Source: an uncultured Thermococci archaeon
Lineage (GTDB): Archaea; Methanobacteriota_B; Thermococci; Thermococcales; Thermococcaceae
Direction: 5' to 3'
Assembly: GCA_964615185.1 (NCBI GenBank)
Contig: CAZTOS010000018.1
Location: forward strand, 1-33,059
DNA length: 33,059 nucleotides
Positions 1-10,059 of the stretch are shown piece by piece. Position numbers and translations under genes: made by a program. How positions within the stretch are numbered: the first letter of the stretch is position 1; every line of letters starts with the position of its first letter. Under the pieces are notes generated by a model. That model was not told where the DNA came from and did no database searches. It saw nothing but the letters and a program-made list of their open reading frames with translations.

Positions 1-106
1 AGTGACATTTCTGAATGGCTCCAGGAGGTGATGCCACAGTTATCCTGACAGTATCACTGTGCCAAAGGATAAAGCTTTAATAACGGTTTTTTTCAACTTT
101 TTAAAC

Positions 107-466
107 ATGAAAGAGAGACCAAAAACTTTACCTCCAACGCTTAGAGATAAGCACCGCTACATTGCTTTTCAGGTAATTGGAGAAAGGGAATTCAAAAAAG
201 ATGAAATAAAAAAAGCAATTTGGGAGGCTTCCCTAAGGGTTCTTGGAGAATTAGGAACTGCAAGGGCAAAACCTTGGTTCATCAAGTTTAACGAAAAAAC
301 TCAAACTGGAATCCTTAGATGTGACAGAAGGCATGTAGAAGAGGTTCGTTTTGCTTTGGCTATGCTAACCGAGATTAACGGCTCAAAGGTTATAATAAGG
401 ACGCTTGGAGTTTCCGGGACGATAAAGCGTTTAAGGATGAAGTTTCTGAAAGAGTTCGGATGGTAA
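107..466 (+). CDS. rnp2: Ribonuclease P protein component 2 (Pop5/Rpp14 family)
   Basis: [12 protein letters not shown]-terminus and [12 protein letters not shown]-terminal motif of Pop5. ATG at 107 preferred to GTG 59; a TATA-like CTTTAATA lies about 25 nt upstream, so the mRNA is probably leaderless. Confidence 0.95.
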   Translation: MKERPKTLPPTLRDKHRYIAFQVIGEREFKKDEIKKAIWEASLRVLGELGTARAKPWFIKFNEKTQTGILRCDRRHVEEVRFALAMLTEINGSKVIIRTLGVSGTIKRLRMKFLKEFGW

Positions 467-613
467 GAGTTGGGCTTATATTCTCTGTGCACTTGTGTAT
501 ACCTTTATTCACTCCATTACTCTCGCTTCTTTTGATCACTATGACATATAAAATTGCAGTTGAAACGTAAATACCACGAAAAAAAAAAGCGTAACGAATT
601 ACAACTAGTAAAA

Positions 614-628
614 GAAAAAGTTTATAAA
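614..628 (+). promoter_or_regulatory. BRE/TATA promoter of the 678-2320 gene pair
   Basis: GAAAAAG-TTTATAAA matches the archaeal BRE-TATA consensus; RBS GGAGGTGA at 664-671. Confidence 0.7.
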
Positions 629-677
629 GATTAAATAAGTAAGTATAAATGCAACAACTTGTTGGAGGTGATACTAA

Positions 678-1751
678 GTGAAGTGGAAGCTTTTGTTAGT
701 ACTTTTTGTGGGATTACTAACAGTAGGATTTGGCTCGTCTGCACTTATTTCAGAGACGACAGGAGTGCCAGTAACTCCATTAGCAATTGAAACAAAAGGT
801 GGGTACTTACCAGATACCGGGGATGTTTGGATTGATAGTACAGGGGTTATAGTATCCTCGTTTAAATGGGTAAATCCTCAGTTTGGAGGATATTACCCAG
901 GAACTTACTACGAACATGAGTTTAGAGTGGAAGCGGATCCAAATTGGGATAAAATTTCTTATGGGGGACAATACATAACAAATTTACCTGACGGGTACGT
1001 TGATGAGGATGACTTAGGAGTAGGAGGTAACGCAGAAAAAATCCAAGATGGAAAGTGGTATTATTCCTATGTATGGATATCTGGACCTTCCGGAGTACAT
1101 CATACAAATTGCTACTTGGAAGGAGAAGAGGGCATTTATTATCCAGGGGCTCCGTCTAATGGTGTTCCAATACGATATTGGGCACTAGTTAAGAACATTG
1201 AATTTTATATGGGAAGTGATAGCCAAGTTTACACTTGGAATGAAAACTTTGAAGATCCTTGGACACTAACTAAGACCTATAATACTGTTTTGAAAGGTCA
1301 TAAGAACACCAAAAACAGATACAGTATATCTTTAAATAACGAAGCAACAATAGAAGATGTCCAGCAGATTATAAACGGACTGCCTGATAATAGTGTTGTT
1401 CACGTTGAGGTTCTAATAAATACTAACAATCCTGCTATTGGCACAATAACAGTTGGATTTAAAACCAATAGAAATCTAAAAGACTCATACAGGGAAATGA
1501 TAACAAAAATTTTGACATTGCAAGACTCCCTTAGAGTAAACTTCATGAGAGATGGTTATTTGGACGAAAGGGAAAAATCTCACCTAGAGTTCCTAGAAGT
1601 GACATATAAGGAAATGCTGAAAAAGATAGAAGGCTCAAAGGTATCAAACATAAAGTTTAGGATAATAGTAGAGAATATTGATCTTGTGAAATTACAAAAA
1701 CTTAAAGAAACCAATACTATAATCGAGGAGATAGGGGGCCAATATAGATGA
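678..1751 (+). CDS. Hypothetical secreted protein (signal peptide, G/Y/W/acid-rich N-terminal domain, charged C-terminal domain)
   Basis: 357 aa ORF with strong RBS; MKWKLLLVLFVGLLTVGFGSSA resembles a Sec signal peptide; no family recognised. Confidence 0.85.
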   Translation: MKWKLLLVLFVGLLTVGFGSSALISETTGVPVTPLAIETKGGYLPDTGDVWIDSTGVIVSSFKWVNPQFGGYYPGTYYEHEFRVEADPNWDKISYGGQYITNLPDGYVDEDDLGVGGNAEKIQDGKWYYSYVWISGPSGVHHTNCYLEGEEGIYYPGAPSNGVPIRYWALVKNIEFYMGSDSQVYTWNENFEDPWTLTKTYNTVLKGHKNTKNRYSISLNNEATIEDVQQIINGLPDNSVVHVEVLINTNNPAIGTITVGFKTNRNLKDSYREMITKILTLQDSLRVNFMRDGYLDEREKSHLEFLEVTYKEMLKKIEGSKVSNIKFRIIVENIDLVKLQKLKETNTIIEEIGGQYR

Positions 1752-2320
1752 CTAAAACAATAAGAATTTTGTTCCTCCTTCTTTTAATTTTGTTAATCTT
1801 GCCTGTTGGATTAACCCATGTGATGGTGGAATATTACGAACACAAATACTCCAATCCAATTCAAGAGGGAAGAATGCCAAATGAAGTTCTCAAAACTTGT
1901 GAAATTACAGATGATGAAAAATCTGAATACTCTGCAGAGATCATAAATAACTCTGTTGTTCTAATTAGGGACGGAAATATATTTTGGAAATCTCAAAATC
2001 TTGAATATCTAAACTGGTATTCTCATGTGGATGTTCTAATTCACAATAACATGATATATGTCGCAATAATCAAAGAAAAGGGAATCGTTGGAATTGAGGG
2101 ATTTTATAGGGACATCGACGTTGTGTATCATCTTCAAGAACGCTATTTGCTGACATTTGATTCAGATGGTGATCTTAAGTGGTACTACAAAGAACTCAAA
2201 GGATGCAAACCCGGTGGAGGTTGCTATCCCCCAGAAATAGAGCTGAAATTAAAGGACAGCAAATTATATGTAACGTATGCGCCACTTGAAAAGAGAACTC
2301 TTGTTTTTGATATTGATTAG
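1748..2320 (+). CDS. Hypothetical membrane-anchored/exported protein
   Basis: 190 aa; N-terminal hydrophobic helix; ATGA overlap with the upstream gene; beta-strand-like segments (LLTFDSDGDLKWYY) and a CKPGGGC Cys pair. Confidence 0.8.
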   Translation: MTKTIRILFLLLLILLILPVGLTHVMVEYYEHKYSNPIQEGRMPNEVLKTCEITDDEKSEYSAEIINNSVVLIRDGNIFWKSQNLEYLNWYSHVDVLIHNNMIYVAIIKEKGIVGIEGFYRDIDVVYHLQERYLLTFDSDGDLKWYYKELKGCKPGGGCYPPEIELKLKDSKLYVTYAPLEKRTLVFDID

Positions 2321-2522
2321 TATAGCTTCTTCTCAATTCTTTGTGAGAGTGCCATTACCTAGCAAATTTTGCTGATAATGTAAAAGCTGTTATATGGTAG
2401 CAACTTCAACAGGGAAAAGCTTAATTATCAACTTCAATAACTTATCAATCGGAGAGTATATAAAGCAAGGAACGGAAGTTTAACTTAATCAAAATTTACG
2501 ATAATTCATGAGGTGATGTAAA

Positions 2523-3305
2523 ATGGCATTTGTACCACCACAAGCCGGGTATGATAGGGCTATAACTGTTTTCAGCCCTGATGGAAGGCTTTTCCAAGTA
2601 CAATATGCAAGAGAGGCCGTTAAGAGAGGTGCAACAGCTGTAGGAGTAAAATGCAAGGAAGGTGTAGTTTTAGCTGTAGAAAAAAGGGTAACAAGCAGGT
2701 TAATTGAGCCAGAAAGTTATGAAAAGATTTTCCAGATTGATGAGCACATAGCAGCTGCCTCAAGCGGTATAATAGCAGATGCCAGGGTTTTGGTTGATAG
2801 AGCTCGTTTAGAGGCTCAGAGTTATCGCCTAACATATGGTGAACCAGTTCCACTTACCGTTTTGGTGAAGAAGATTTGTGACCTCAAGCAGATGCACACA
2901 CAATATGGTGGTGTCAGGCCTTTTGGGGCCGCTCTTTTAATGGCGGGCGTTAATGAAAAGCCCGAACTCTTTGAAACAGACCCAAGTGGAGCATACTTTG
3001 AATGGAAGGCAGTGGCAATTGGCAGTGGAAGGAACACAGCTATGGCAATTTTTGAAGAGAAATACAGAGAGGACATGACACTTGAGGATGCAATAAAATT
3101 GGCAGTATTAGCTTTGGCAAAAACAATGGAAGAACCTTCACCGGAGAACATAGAAGTTGCAGTGATTACAGTTGAGGAAAAGAAGTTCAAGAAGATAAGC
3201 AAAGAAAAAGTTGCAAAATGCCTTGAGGAGGCAATAAAAGAGGCGGAAGAAGAGGAAGTTGCTGAGAAAGAAGAGGACTACACCGAATTAGACAGCAACT
3301 ACTGA
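2523..3305 (+). CDS. psmA: 20S proteasome alpha subunit
   Basis: [21 protein letters not shown] signature; RPFG motif; RBS GAGGTGA. Confidence 0.99.
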   Translation: MAFVPPQAGYDRAITVFSPDGRLFQVQYAREAVKRGATAVGVKCKEGVVLAVEKRVTSRLIEPESYEKIFQIDEHIAAASSGIIADARVLVDRARLEAQSYRLTYGEPVPLTVLVKKICDLKQMHTQYGGVRPFGAALLMAGVNEKPELFETDPSGAYFEWKAVAIGSGRNTAMAIFEEKYREDMTLEDAIKLAVLALAKTMEEPSPENIEVAVITVEEKKFKKISKEKVAKCLEEAIKEAEEEEVAEKEEDYTELDSNY

Positions 3306-3315
3306 GGTGATAGTT

Positions 3316-4026
3316 ATGCCAATAAGCGTTGACAAAGCAGTGATTGCAAGGTTAAAGACACATGGGGAAACATTTGAGATTTTGGTAGATCCCTATCTTG
3401 CCAGAGATTTCAAAGAGGGCAAAGATGTTCCAATAGAGGAAATTCTTGCCACTCCTTATGTTTTTAAAGATGCACACAAGGGAGATAAAGCAAGCGAGCA
3501 TGAGATGGAAAAAATCTTTGGCACAAGTGACCCATATGAAGTTGCGAAGATAATTCTCAAGAAGGGAGAAGTTCAGCTCACAGCCCAGCAGAGGAGGGAG
3601 ATGCTTGAAGAAAAGAAAAAGCAGATAGCTACAATAATTCACAGGCACGCAGTTGATCCAAGGACTGGTTATCCTCATCCTGTTGACAGAATCTTGAGGG
3701 CTATGGAGGAGGCAGGAGTTAGAGTTGATGTATTTAAAGATGCCGAAGCTCAAGTTCCAGACGTCATAAAGGCTATTCGGAGATTTTTGCCTCTTAAGAT
3801 TGAGGTTAAAGTGATAGCTGTAAAGATACCTTCTGATTATGTAGGAAAAGCTTATGGAGAAGTTAGAAAATTTGGAACGATTAAAAGAGAAGAATGGGCA
3901 AGTGACGGCTCATGGATGTTCCTCATTGAAATCCCTGGTGGAGTTGAGGAAGAATTTTATGAAAAGCTCAATGCCCTTACAAAGGGTAATGTTATAACTA
4001 AACTTATAGAGAGGAAGGGGCTATGA
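3316..4026 (+). CDS. Ribosome maturation factor SBDS/SDO1
   Basis: [19 protein letters not shown] motifs; conserved position between psmA and rrp4; ATG 3316 follows GAGGTGA. Confidence 0.97.
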   Translation: MPISVDKAVIARLKTHGETFEILVDPYLARDFKEGKDVPIEEILATPYVFKDAHKGDKASEHEMEKIFGTSDPYEVAKIILKKGEVQLTAQQRREMLEEKKKQIATIIHRHAVDPRTGYPHPVDRILRAMEEAGVRVDVFKDAEAQVPDVIKAIRRFLPLKIEVKVIAVKIPSDYVGKAYGEVRKFGTIKREEWASDGSWMFLIEIPGGVEEEFYEKLNALTKGNVITKLIERKGL

Positions 4027-4790
4027 GAAGGATTTTTGTACAAAATAGAGAGTTAGTGGTTCCAGGAACACTATTGGCACAGGGGCCGTTCAAGAACGGC
4101 AGAGGGACTTTCAAGGAAGGAAACAGAATTTATTCAACGGTTGTTGGTCTTGTGGACATAAGAAATGACTTCATAAGGGTCATCCCACTTGAAGGACCCT
4201 ACATCCCAGAAGTTGGAGATAATGTCATTGGAAAGATTGTTGATGTAAAATTCTCAAGCTGGACTGTAGACATTGGAGCGCCTTACCAAGCAACATTAAG
4301 AATACAGGATGCTGTTGAAGAAAAAATTGATTTGTTGAAAACAGATTTAAGGAAAATATTTGATATTGGGGACATAATCTACGCAAAAGTGAAAGCCTTC
4401 AATGAAGTGAATCAGATTGATTTAACAACAAAGGGAATGCCTTTTAACGGTGGCCCATTAAAGGGTGGACAGATTGTAAAAATAACCCCCTCTAAAGTGC
4501 CCCGTTTGATTGGTAAGGGCGGTTCTATGATAAATCTAATCAAAAAAATGACACAGACAAGGATTATTGTTGGACAAAACGGATGGGTGTGGGCCAGTGG
4601 AAGAAAAGAAGAGCTTGAGAGAGTGGCAATTGAGGCAATACTGAAGGTTGACAGAGAAAGTCATACACAAGGGCTAACTGATAGGGTAAAAGAACTGCTT
4701 TTGACAAGATTGAGGGAACTTAAGGAACAGGGAATTGTTGAGGAAATACCTCAAATAGAAGAGGGTGAAGGAAATGATGGGAAAGCCTGA
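4023..4790 (+). CDS. rrp4: Exosome RNA-binding cap subunit Rrp4
   Basis: [11 protein letters not shown] (S1), [11 protein letters not shown] (KH), IIVGQNG motifs. Confidence 0.98.
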   Translation: MRRIFVQNRELVVPGTLLAQGPFKNGRGTFKEGNRIYSTVVGLVDIRNDFIRVIPLEGPYIPEVGDNVIGKIVDVKFSSWTVDIGAPYQATLRIQDAVEEKIDLLKTDLRKIFDIGDIIYAKVKAFNEVNQIDLTTKGMPFNGGPLKGGQIVKITPSKVPRLIGKGGSMINLIKKMTQTRIIVGQNGWVWASGRKEELERVAIEAILKVDRESHTQGLTDRVKELLLTRLRELKEQGIVEEIPQIEEGEGNDGKA

Positions 4791-5517
4791 GGATATAAAG
4801 CTTATTGATGAGAATGGAAGGAGAATTGATGGCAGAAAAAAGTATGAGCTCAGACCGATTAAAATGGAAGTTGGTGTTTTGAAAAATGCTGATGGTTCTG
4901 CTTATATAGAATGGGGTAAGAATAAAATTCTCGCTGCGGTGTATGGGCCAAGAGAAATTCATCCAAAACATTTGCAGAGACCAGATCGAGCAATATTAAG
5001 AGTTAGATACAACATGGCTCCCTTTAGTGTTGAAGAAAGAAAAAAGCCCGGACCAGACAGGAGAAGTGTTGAAATAAGCAAGGTCATTAGGGGAGCATTA
5101 GAACCGGCAATCATACTTGAATTATTCCCAAGAACTGCAATTGATGTGTTTATTGAGGTTCTTCAAGCAGATGCAGGAACGAGAGTTGCTGGAATTACTG
5201 CTGCCTCTTTGGCACTGGCGGATGCAGGAATTCCTATGAAAGATTTAGTCTCAGCATGTGCTGCTGGAAAGATCGAGGGGCAGATTGTTCTTGATCTGAA
5301 CAAGGAAGAGGACAACTATGGAGAAGCAGATGTTCCGGTTGCAATAATGCCAATAAAGAACGACATAACCCTTCTGCAGATGGATGGCTACTTGACAAAA
5401 GATGAGTTCCTTGAAGCCGTGAGATTAGCGATAAAGGGAGCAAAGGCAGTCTACCAGAAACAAAGGGAGGCATTGAAGGAGAAATACCTCAAAATAGCCC
5501 AAGAGGTAGGTGAGTAA
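4774..5517 (+). CDS. rrp41: Exosome catalytic subunit Rrp41
   Basis: RIDGR, ADGSAY, VYGPRE and QADAGTR RNase PH motifs; start at 4774 or 4777. Confidence 0.98.
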   Translation: MMGKPEDIKLIDENGRRIDGRKKYELRPIKMEVGVLKNADGSAYIEWGKNKILAAVYGPREIHPKHLQRPDRAILRVRYNMAPFSVEERKKPGPDRRSVEISKVIRGALEPAIILELFPRTAIDVFIEVLQADAGTRVAGITAASLALADAGIPMKDLVSACAAGKIEGQIVLDLNKEEDNYGEADVPVAIMPIKNDITLLQMDGYLTKDEFLEAVRLAIKGAKAVYQKQREALKEKYLKIAQEVGE

Positions 5518-6331
5518 AATGGAAGTTATGGCTTCAATTATGAAAGACCACATCATTGAACTCCTCAAAGAGAAGAAGAGAATTGACGGGAGAGGTTTGG
5601 AGGATTTGAGGCCTCTTGAAGTGAAAGTAAATGTAATTGGAAAAGCTGAGGGTTCAGCATGGGTTAAACTTGGTGATACTCAGGTTCTTGTTGGAATTAA
5701 GCTTGATTTAGGTGAGCCTTTTCCAGACCTGCCTGATAAGGGTGTCATGACAACGAACGTTGAGCTCGTTCCATTGGCTTCACCAACCTTTGAGCCGGGT
5801 CCTCCAGATGAGAGGGCAATTGAGCTGGCAAGAGTTGTTGACAGAGGGATAAGGGAAAGCCAAGCAATTGACTTGGAAAAACTTGTCATTGTTCCAGGAA
5901 AGCTCGTCAGAGTGGTCTTCATTGACGTGCACGTCCTTGACCACGATGGAAACCTCATAGATGCCGCAGGAATTGGAGCAATTGCAGCTCTGCTTTCAAC
6001 AAAGATGCCAAAAATTGAATACAACGAAGAGACTGGCGAAGTTGTGATGCTTGATGAGTATGAGCCATTGCCCGTAACTAAGATTCCAATTCCAGTAAGC
6101 TTTGCTAAGATTGGGGGAACAATAGTTGTTGACCCAAATCTTGAAGAAGAGCAGGTAATGGATGGAAAATTAACAATAACAACAGATGAGAATGGTCACA
6201 TCTCAGCAGTGCAAAAGAGCGAAGGTGGAAGCTTCAAGCTTGAGGAAGTCATGTATGCAGTTGATGTCGCATTCAGAAGAGCCCAGGAGATTAGAGAGAA
6301 AATTCTTGAAGCTGTGGGGAAGAGGGAGTAG
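5510..6331 (+). CDS. rrp42: Exosome subunit Rrp42
   Basis: [28 protein letters not shown] motifs; overlaps rrp41. Confidence 0.98.
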   Translation: MSKMEVMASIMKDHIIELLKEKKRIDGRGLEDLRPLEVKVNVIGKAEGSAWVKLGDTQVLVGIKLDLGEPFPDLPDKGVMTTNVELVPLASPTFEPGPPDERAIELARVVDRGIRESQAIDLEKLVIVPGKLVRVVFIDVHVLDHDGNLIDAAGIGAIAALLSTKMPKIEYNEETGEVVMLDEYEPLPVTKIPIPVSFAKIGGTIVVDPNLEEEQVMDGKLTITTDENGHISAVQKSEGGSFKLEEVMYAVDVAFRRAQEIREKILEAVGKRE

Positions 6332-6355
6332 TTTTTCTGTCTTCTTTTTCTTTTC
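6332..6355 (+). terminator. Oligo-T terminator after rrp42
   Basis: TTTTTCTGTCTTCTTTTTCTTTT directly after the stop codon. Confidence 0.6.
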
Positions 6356-6484
6356 AGATAAGGAATGCAAGAAAGATTTATAAACTAAATTTTTGTTCTT
6401 TAGTTGGGTTTTAGGAAAAGCCTTTTAAATAAAAATCTGCTATACCCATCAGCTTAAGCTTAAAGATCATTAGGGGTGATGCTC

Positions 6485-6739
6485 ATGGCAACTAAAAAGG
6501 TTGGTTCAGCTGGAAGATTTGGTCCAAGATATGGTCTCAAGATCAGAAGAAGGGTAGCTGCTGTAGAAGCAAAGATGAAGCAAAAGCACACATGTCCAGT
6601 CTGCGGAAGGAAGGCTGTAAGGAGAATAAGCACCGGAATTTGGCAGTGTCAGAAGTGTGGTGCAACCTTTGCTGGCGGAGCTTATCTGCCGGTAACACCA
6701 GCTGGAAAAGTCGCTAAGAGAATAGTTTCAAGGGTTTGA
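6485..6739 (+). CDS. rpl37ae: 50S ribosomal protein L37Ae (eL43)
   Basis: [12 protein letters not shown]...CQKC zinc finger, FAGGAY. Confidence 0.98.
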   Translation: MATKKVGSAGRFGPRYGLKIRRRVAAVEAKMKQKHTCPVCGRKAVRRISTGIWQCQKCGATFAGGAYLPVTPAGKVAKRIVSRV

Positions 6740-6768
6740 GCCCTAATAAATCTTTTTTGGTGGGAAAA

Positions 6769-6918
6769 ATGGTTGAAGTTGTTTATAGATGTGCAAAATG
6801 TGGAAAGGAAGTTAAGATTGATTTGGCGATTACAAGGGAAGTTCGCTGTACATACTGCGGAAGCAAGATACTTTATAAGCCAAGGCCTAAAGTCGCAAGA
6901 AGAGTAAAAGCAATCTGA
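6769..6918 (+). CDS. rpoP: RNA polymerase subunit P (Rpo12)
   Basis: 49 aa; YRCAKCG...RCTYCGSKILYKPR zinc ribbon; follows rpl37ae. Confidence 0.96.
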   Translation: MVEVVYRCAKCGKEVKIDLAITREVRCTYCGSKILYKPRPKVARRVKAI

Positions 6919-6977
6919 ACTCTTTTTGCGTTTTCAAAAAGCTTTTAATTGCTTTGCATTACTTATGAGTGATAGCG

Positions 6978-7616
6978 ATGATGCTGATAACAACCTCACA
7001 CAGACCTACAAGAAGAACGAGGAGTTTTGGACATGATTTAGAAAAAGTATTCCCCAATTCTACCTATCTGACCAGGGGAAAGAAAACAATCCAAGATCTG
7101 CTTATGGAGGCTTATGACAGAGGTTATGAAAGACTCTTGATAATAAATGTCTGGAAAGGAAATCCACTTAAAATGACTTTCATCAAAGTTTCTCCTGACG
7201 ATTGGGGATATCTTGGCTATCTCTACCTTCATGGAATTAAATTGCAGAGAGAGATTGGTTTTAGGAACATAAGACCAATCCGTGAGGAGATGCCGTTTAT
7301 TGTTACAACTGCTAAGAGAGTTGGTCTCGACCACATAGCCTTTGCTCAAGCTTTTGCCGAACTTACAAACGGAAAATTCATCCCAAGAGGAGACAAGAGC
7401 TTAACCTATATAGCGGACAAATACAACACGGATGTTCTTGGTGTTATTGAGAGACATCCAAGAGGAATGGCAATCAACTTCTACCGCTTAGATATAACAA
7501 AAGAAAGACCAGTTGGGCCGTTAATCAGTGTAAAAATCTGGATTATGGAAGATGGAAGGAGATGGGATTACAAGGAGGCGTTGGGCATTAAAGTCAAAAG
7601 GAGAGAGCGTGAATGA
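6978..7616 (+). CDS. Brix/Imp4-domain ribosome biogenesis protein
   Basis: LITTSHRPTRRTRSF, TRGKK, KGNP Brix motifs; superoperon position. Confidence 0.95.
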   Translation: MMLITTSHRPTRRTRSFGHDLEKVFPNSTYLTRGKKTIQDLLMEAYDRGYERLLIINVWKGNPLKMTFIKVSPDDWGYLGYLYLHGIKLQREIGFRNIRPIREEMPFIVTTAKRVGLDHIAFAQAFAELTNGKFIPRGDKSLTYIADKYNTDVLGVIERHPRGMAINFYRLDITKERPVGPLISVKIWIMEDGRRWDYKEALGIKVKRRERE

Positions 7617-7855
7617 ATAAGATAAAGGGAACCATAGAAATTGAGTTCCCAAGTGAAGAGATTGCGAAAATTGTTTATGAGAGCGTCCTTTTTGAGCATT
7701 TAAGTGTTCCCTATCGGAGGAGTGAAATCGAGTTTAAGAGGGAAGGGAATAAAATTGTTTTGCATTTCACAGCTCAAGATAACTCAGCTCTAAGGGGAAC
7801 TCTCAATTCCTATTTAAGATGGATTAAAGTTGCTATGGATGTTACTGAGGTCTAA
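7613..7855 (+). CDS. pcc1: KEOPS complex subunit Pcc1
   Basis: 80 aa; DNSALRGTLNSYLRWIKVA motif. Confidence 0.93.
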   Translation: MNKIKGTIEIEFPSEEIAKIVYESVLFEHLSVPYRRSEIEFKREGNKIVLHFTAQDNSALRGTLNSYLRWIKVAMDVTEV

Positions 7856-7856
7856 G

Positions 7857-8870
7857 TCATATGGAATAACCTTTTTCCTCTAATTCCTTTATCCTTTTAA
7901 TAACCTCATTCCTCATTTTCAGCAATTTTTCTTTTAACTCTTCGATTTCCTGTTCTTTTCTCTCTAATTTTTTCTCCCTTTCCTCGAGTTCTTCCTTTTT
8001 GCGAAGATATTCTCTGATTAGGGTATTTAAGTAACGTTCTTGACTCATTAGTTCTATCGCTTTTCTGTTTATCTTATCCTCTTCCTCTTTGAGTTTTTCA
8101 TATTCTTCTTGTATCTTCTTTTTCTCAGCTTCTATTTTTTCTAATTCACTATTCAGCAACTCTTCCTTTTCATGAAGCATGTTTTCTTTTAGCCTCAATC
8201 TTCTATCTTGTTCTTCTAATTCCTTTTGAAGCTTTACTACTTTCTCCTCTTGGATTTTTAATTTTTGTTCCATAGCCTTTATTTGCTGTTCTTTTTCAAT
8301 TATTTCTGCTTTTTTAGCTTGAAGCTCATTTAATTCAACTAATAAACTCTCGACTGTATTTTTAAGCTCGTCTCTCTCTTTGTTTAGTTTTTTTATCTCT
8401 GAAATTAGAGCATTTAATTCCTCCTCTTTTTTTATTTTTTCTTCTTTTAGCCTTTCTATTTCTTCTTTTAATTTTTTGAACTCCTCGTTCAATGCCTTTT
8501 CTTTTTCAATAAGACGCATCCTTTCCTCTTCCAATGTATTCACGACGTTCATGAGTTCTCTGGTTGCCTTGAGTATTTCAGTATTTGTCGGTTCTAAAGT
8601 TGTGGCTATTAAAGCTTCAAGTCTCTCTCTAAGCTTTTCGGCTTGTTTTACATCTTTTTCAATTGCATCTACCAAGTTTTCGATTCCCAATATTGTTTTT
8701 TTAAATAAGGTTGATAAGTTTCGTTGATTTTCAGAAACTTCAGGCAATAAAACCAAGATTAATTCTTCCTTTGAAAGCTTTTTGCCTTTCTTTATTTTTT
8801 CTATAACTTTCTTTATGTCATCTGAATATTCTCTGTATTCTCCCACAACTTCAATGTTAATTTTTTTCAT
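7857..8870 (-). CDS. Hypothetical long coiled-coil protein
   Basis: 337 aa, extremely E/K/L-rich with heptad pattern; RBS GGAGGAG upstream; no Walker motif or transmembrane segment. Confidence 0.85.
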   Translation of the reverse strand: MKKINIEVVGEYREYSDDIKKVIEKIKKGKKLSKEELILVLLPEVSENQRNLSTLFKKTILGIENLVDAIEKDVKQAEKLRERLEALIATTLEPTNTEILKATRELMNVVNTLEEERMRLIEKEKALNEEFKKLKEEIERLKEEKIKKEEELNALISEIKKLNKERDELKNTVESLLVELNELQAKKAEIIEKEQQIKAMEQKLKIQEEKVVKLQKELEEQDRRLRLKENMLHEKEELLNSELEKIEAEKKKIQEEYEKLKEEEDKINRKAIELMSQERYLNTLIREYLRKKEELEEREKKLERKEQEIEELKEKLLKMRNEVIKRIKELEEKGYSI

Positions 8871-9204
8871 TCTTAATCTCCTCCTTGTCCCAAACTTTGA
8901 AATTAAGTTCCAATGCAGAGATCTTATTATTCAACTCACCAATAAGGTTTAAGAAGTCTGAATGTTGTTTTTCAAGAAGACTTATTATAAAAAGTAGTTT
9001 GTCTATTTGAACATCTAAAATTTCTCTTTCCCTCTTAATTTCCTCGGACATTGTGTTGGTTATTTCCTTCAGATTTTCTATTTCGGATCTCAACTGAATA
9101 ATCTCCTGTTGCAGTGCTTGAAGTATTTTCTCACAATCTTCATCTTTTTCCTTACTCTGGTTCTTGGACATACTCTGTTTGGTTTCTATGCTTTTATCAA
9201 TCAT
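8857..9204 (-). CDS. Hypothetical short coiled-coil protein
   Basis: 115 aa heptad-rich ORF; RBS GGTGA upstream; overlaps the next gene by 14 nt. Confidence 0.8.
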   Translation of the reverse strand: MIDKSIETKQSMSKNQSKEKDEDCEKILQALQQEIIQLRSEIENLKEITNTMSEEIKREREILDVQIDKLLFIISLLEKQHSDFLNLIGELNNKISALELNFKVWDKEEIKNEKN

Positions 9205-9280
9205 TAACTATCACCACACTGAAGGGGAAATATCCTAAAATAAATTTGGAAACTTTTGCATTTATGTTTTTTGCTATGTG

Positions 9281-9299
9281 GAAAAACTATTTAAATAGT
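9281..9299 (+). promoter_or_regulatory. BRE/TATA promoter of pfdB
   Basis: GAAAAAC-TATTTAAATA; RBS GGAGGTG before ATG 9344. Confidence 0.65.
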
Positions 9300-9343
9300 C
9301 TAAAAGAGTATAAAGCGAAAATTACGATTATGGAGGTGTCGAA

Positions 9344-9694
9344 ATGCAGAATATTCCACCACAAGTTCAGGCTTTATTGGGACAGCTTGAGAGCTATCAA
9401 CAGCAGCTACAGCTTGTTATCCAGCAAAAGCAGAAAGTTCAAGTTGATTTAAATGATGCCAAGAAGGCTCTTGAGGAGGTTGAAAAGGTTGAGGAGAACA
9501 TTCCAATCTACAAGACTGTTGGAACCCTAATAGTAAAAACCAGCAAAGATAAAGCTGTTGAAGAGCTTAAAGAGAAAATTGAGACCCTTGAGGTTAGGCT
9601 GAACGCCCTTACCAGACAAGAGCAGAAGCTTAATGAAAAAATCAAAGAGCTGACTCAGAAAATACAATCAATGCTCAGACCAACAGCTGGCTGA
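9344..9694 (+). CDS. pfdB: Prefoldin beta subunit
   Basis: MQNIPPQVQ N-terminus; IYKTVGTLIVK hairpin between two coiled-coil helices. Confidence 0.98.
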   Translation: MQNIPPQVQALLGQLESYQQQLQLVIQQKQKVQVDLNDAKKALEEVEKVEENIPIYKTVGTLIVKTSKDKAVEELKEKIETLEVRLNALTRQEQKLNEKIKELTQKIQSMLRPTAG

Positions 9695-9738
9695 TTTTCT
9701 GCTTAATTTTACTCTTTAAACTTTGTTTGGTGAATCAT

Positions 9739-10059
9739 ATGGCAAAAAGGGTTATTCACATTGGACTGCCAGAGCTCAGCGAAGATGAGCTCATTGCTTT
9801 AGGGGAGCTGGCTCAAGAAACTGCAATTGAATACATATTTGAGCATCTAACACGGAGTGAAGTGAAGGACATAGAAGTTACAGCGAGAATAAATAAAGAT
9901 GAAACTCTCGATTTGGAGCTTGAGATATACCTTGAGGTGCCGATATTTGTGAAGGTTGATGTTGATAAGCTGGTTGAAGAGGCCTTGGAATTAGCATACG
10001 AAAAAGTTGAGGAAAGGTTGAGGGAGATGGCTCATGAAGGATTACAAAAAAATAGCTGA
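9739..10059 (+). CDS. DUF3194 family protein
   Basis: HIGLPELSEDELI motif; usual position after pfdB. Confidence 0.85.
   Translation: MAKRVIHIGLPELSEDELIALGELAQETAIEYIFEHLTRSEVKDIEVTARINKDETLDLELEIYLEVPIFVKVDVDKLVEEALELAYEKVEERLREMAHEGLQKNS

Noticed and set aside
1..60. CTGA...GTGATGC...CTGA resembling the 3' half of a C/D sRNA, or the end of an upstream CDS ([15 protein letters not shown])
   Set aside because: Cut by the window edge; the C' box is imperfect, the D'-C' spacing is long, and the peptide is not recognisable.
559..566. GTTGAAAC, similar to the end of a Thermococcales CRISPR repeat
   Set aside because: Isolated; there are no regularly spaced repeats or cas genes in the window.
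7857..8870. SMC/Rad50 call for the coiled-coil protein
   Set aside because: No Walker A/B, signature, hinge or zinc-hook motif; any similarity would be compositional.
9114..9452. 112-aa plus-strand ORF
   Set aside because: Overlaps two better-supported genes and a promoter; no RBS or motif.
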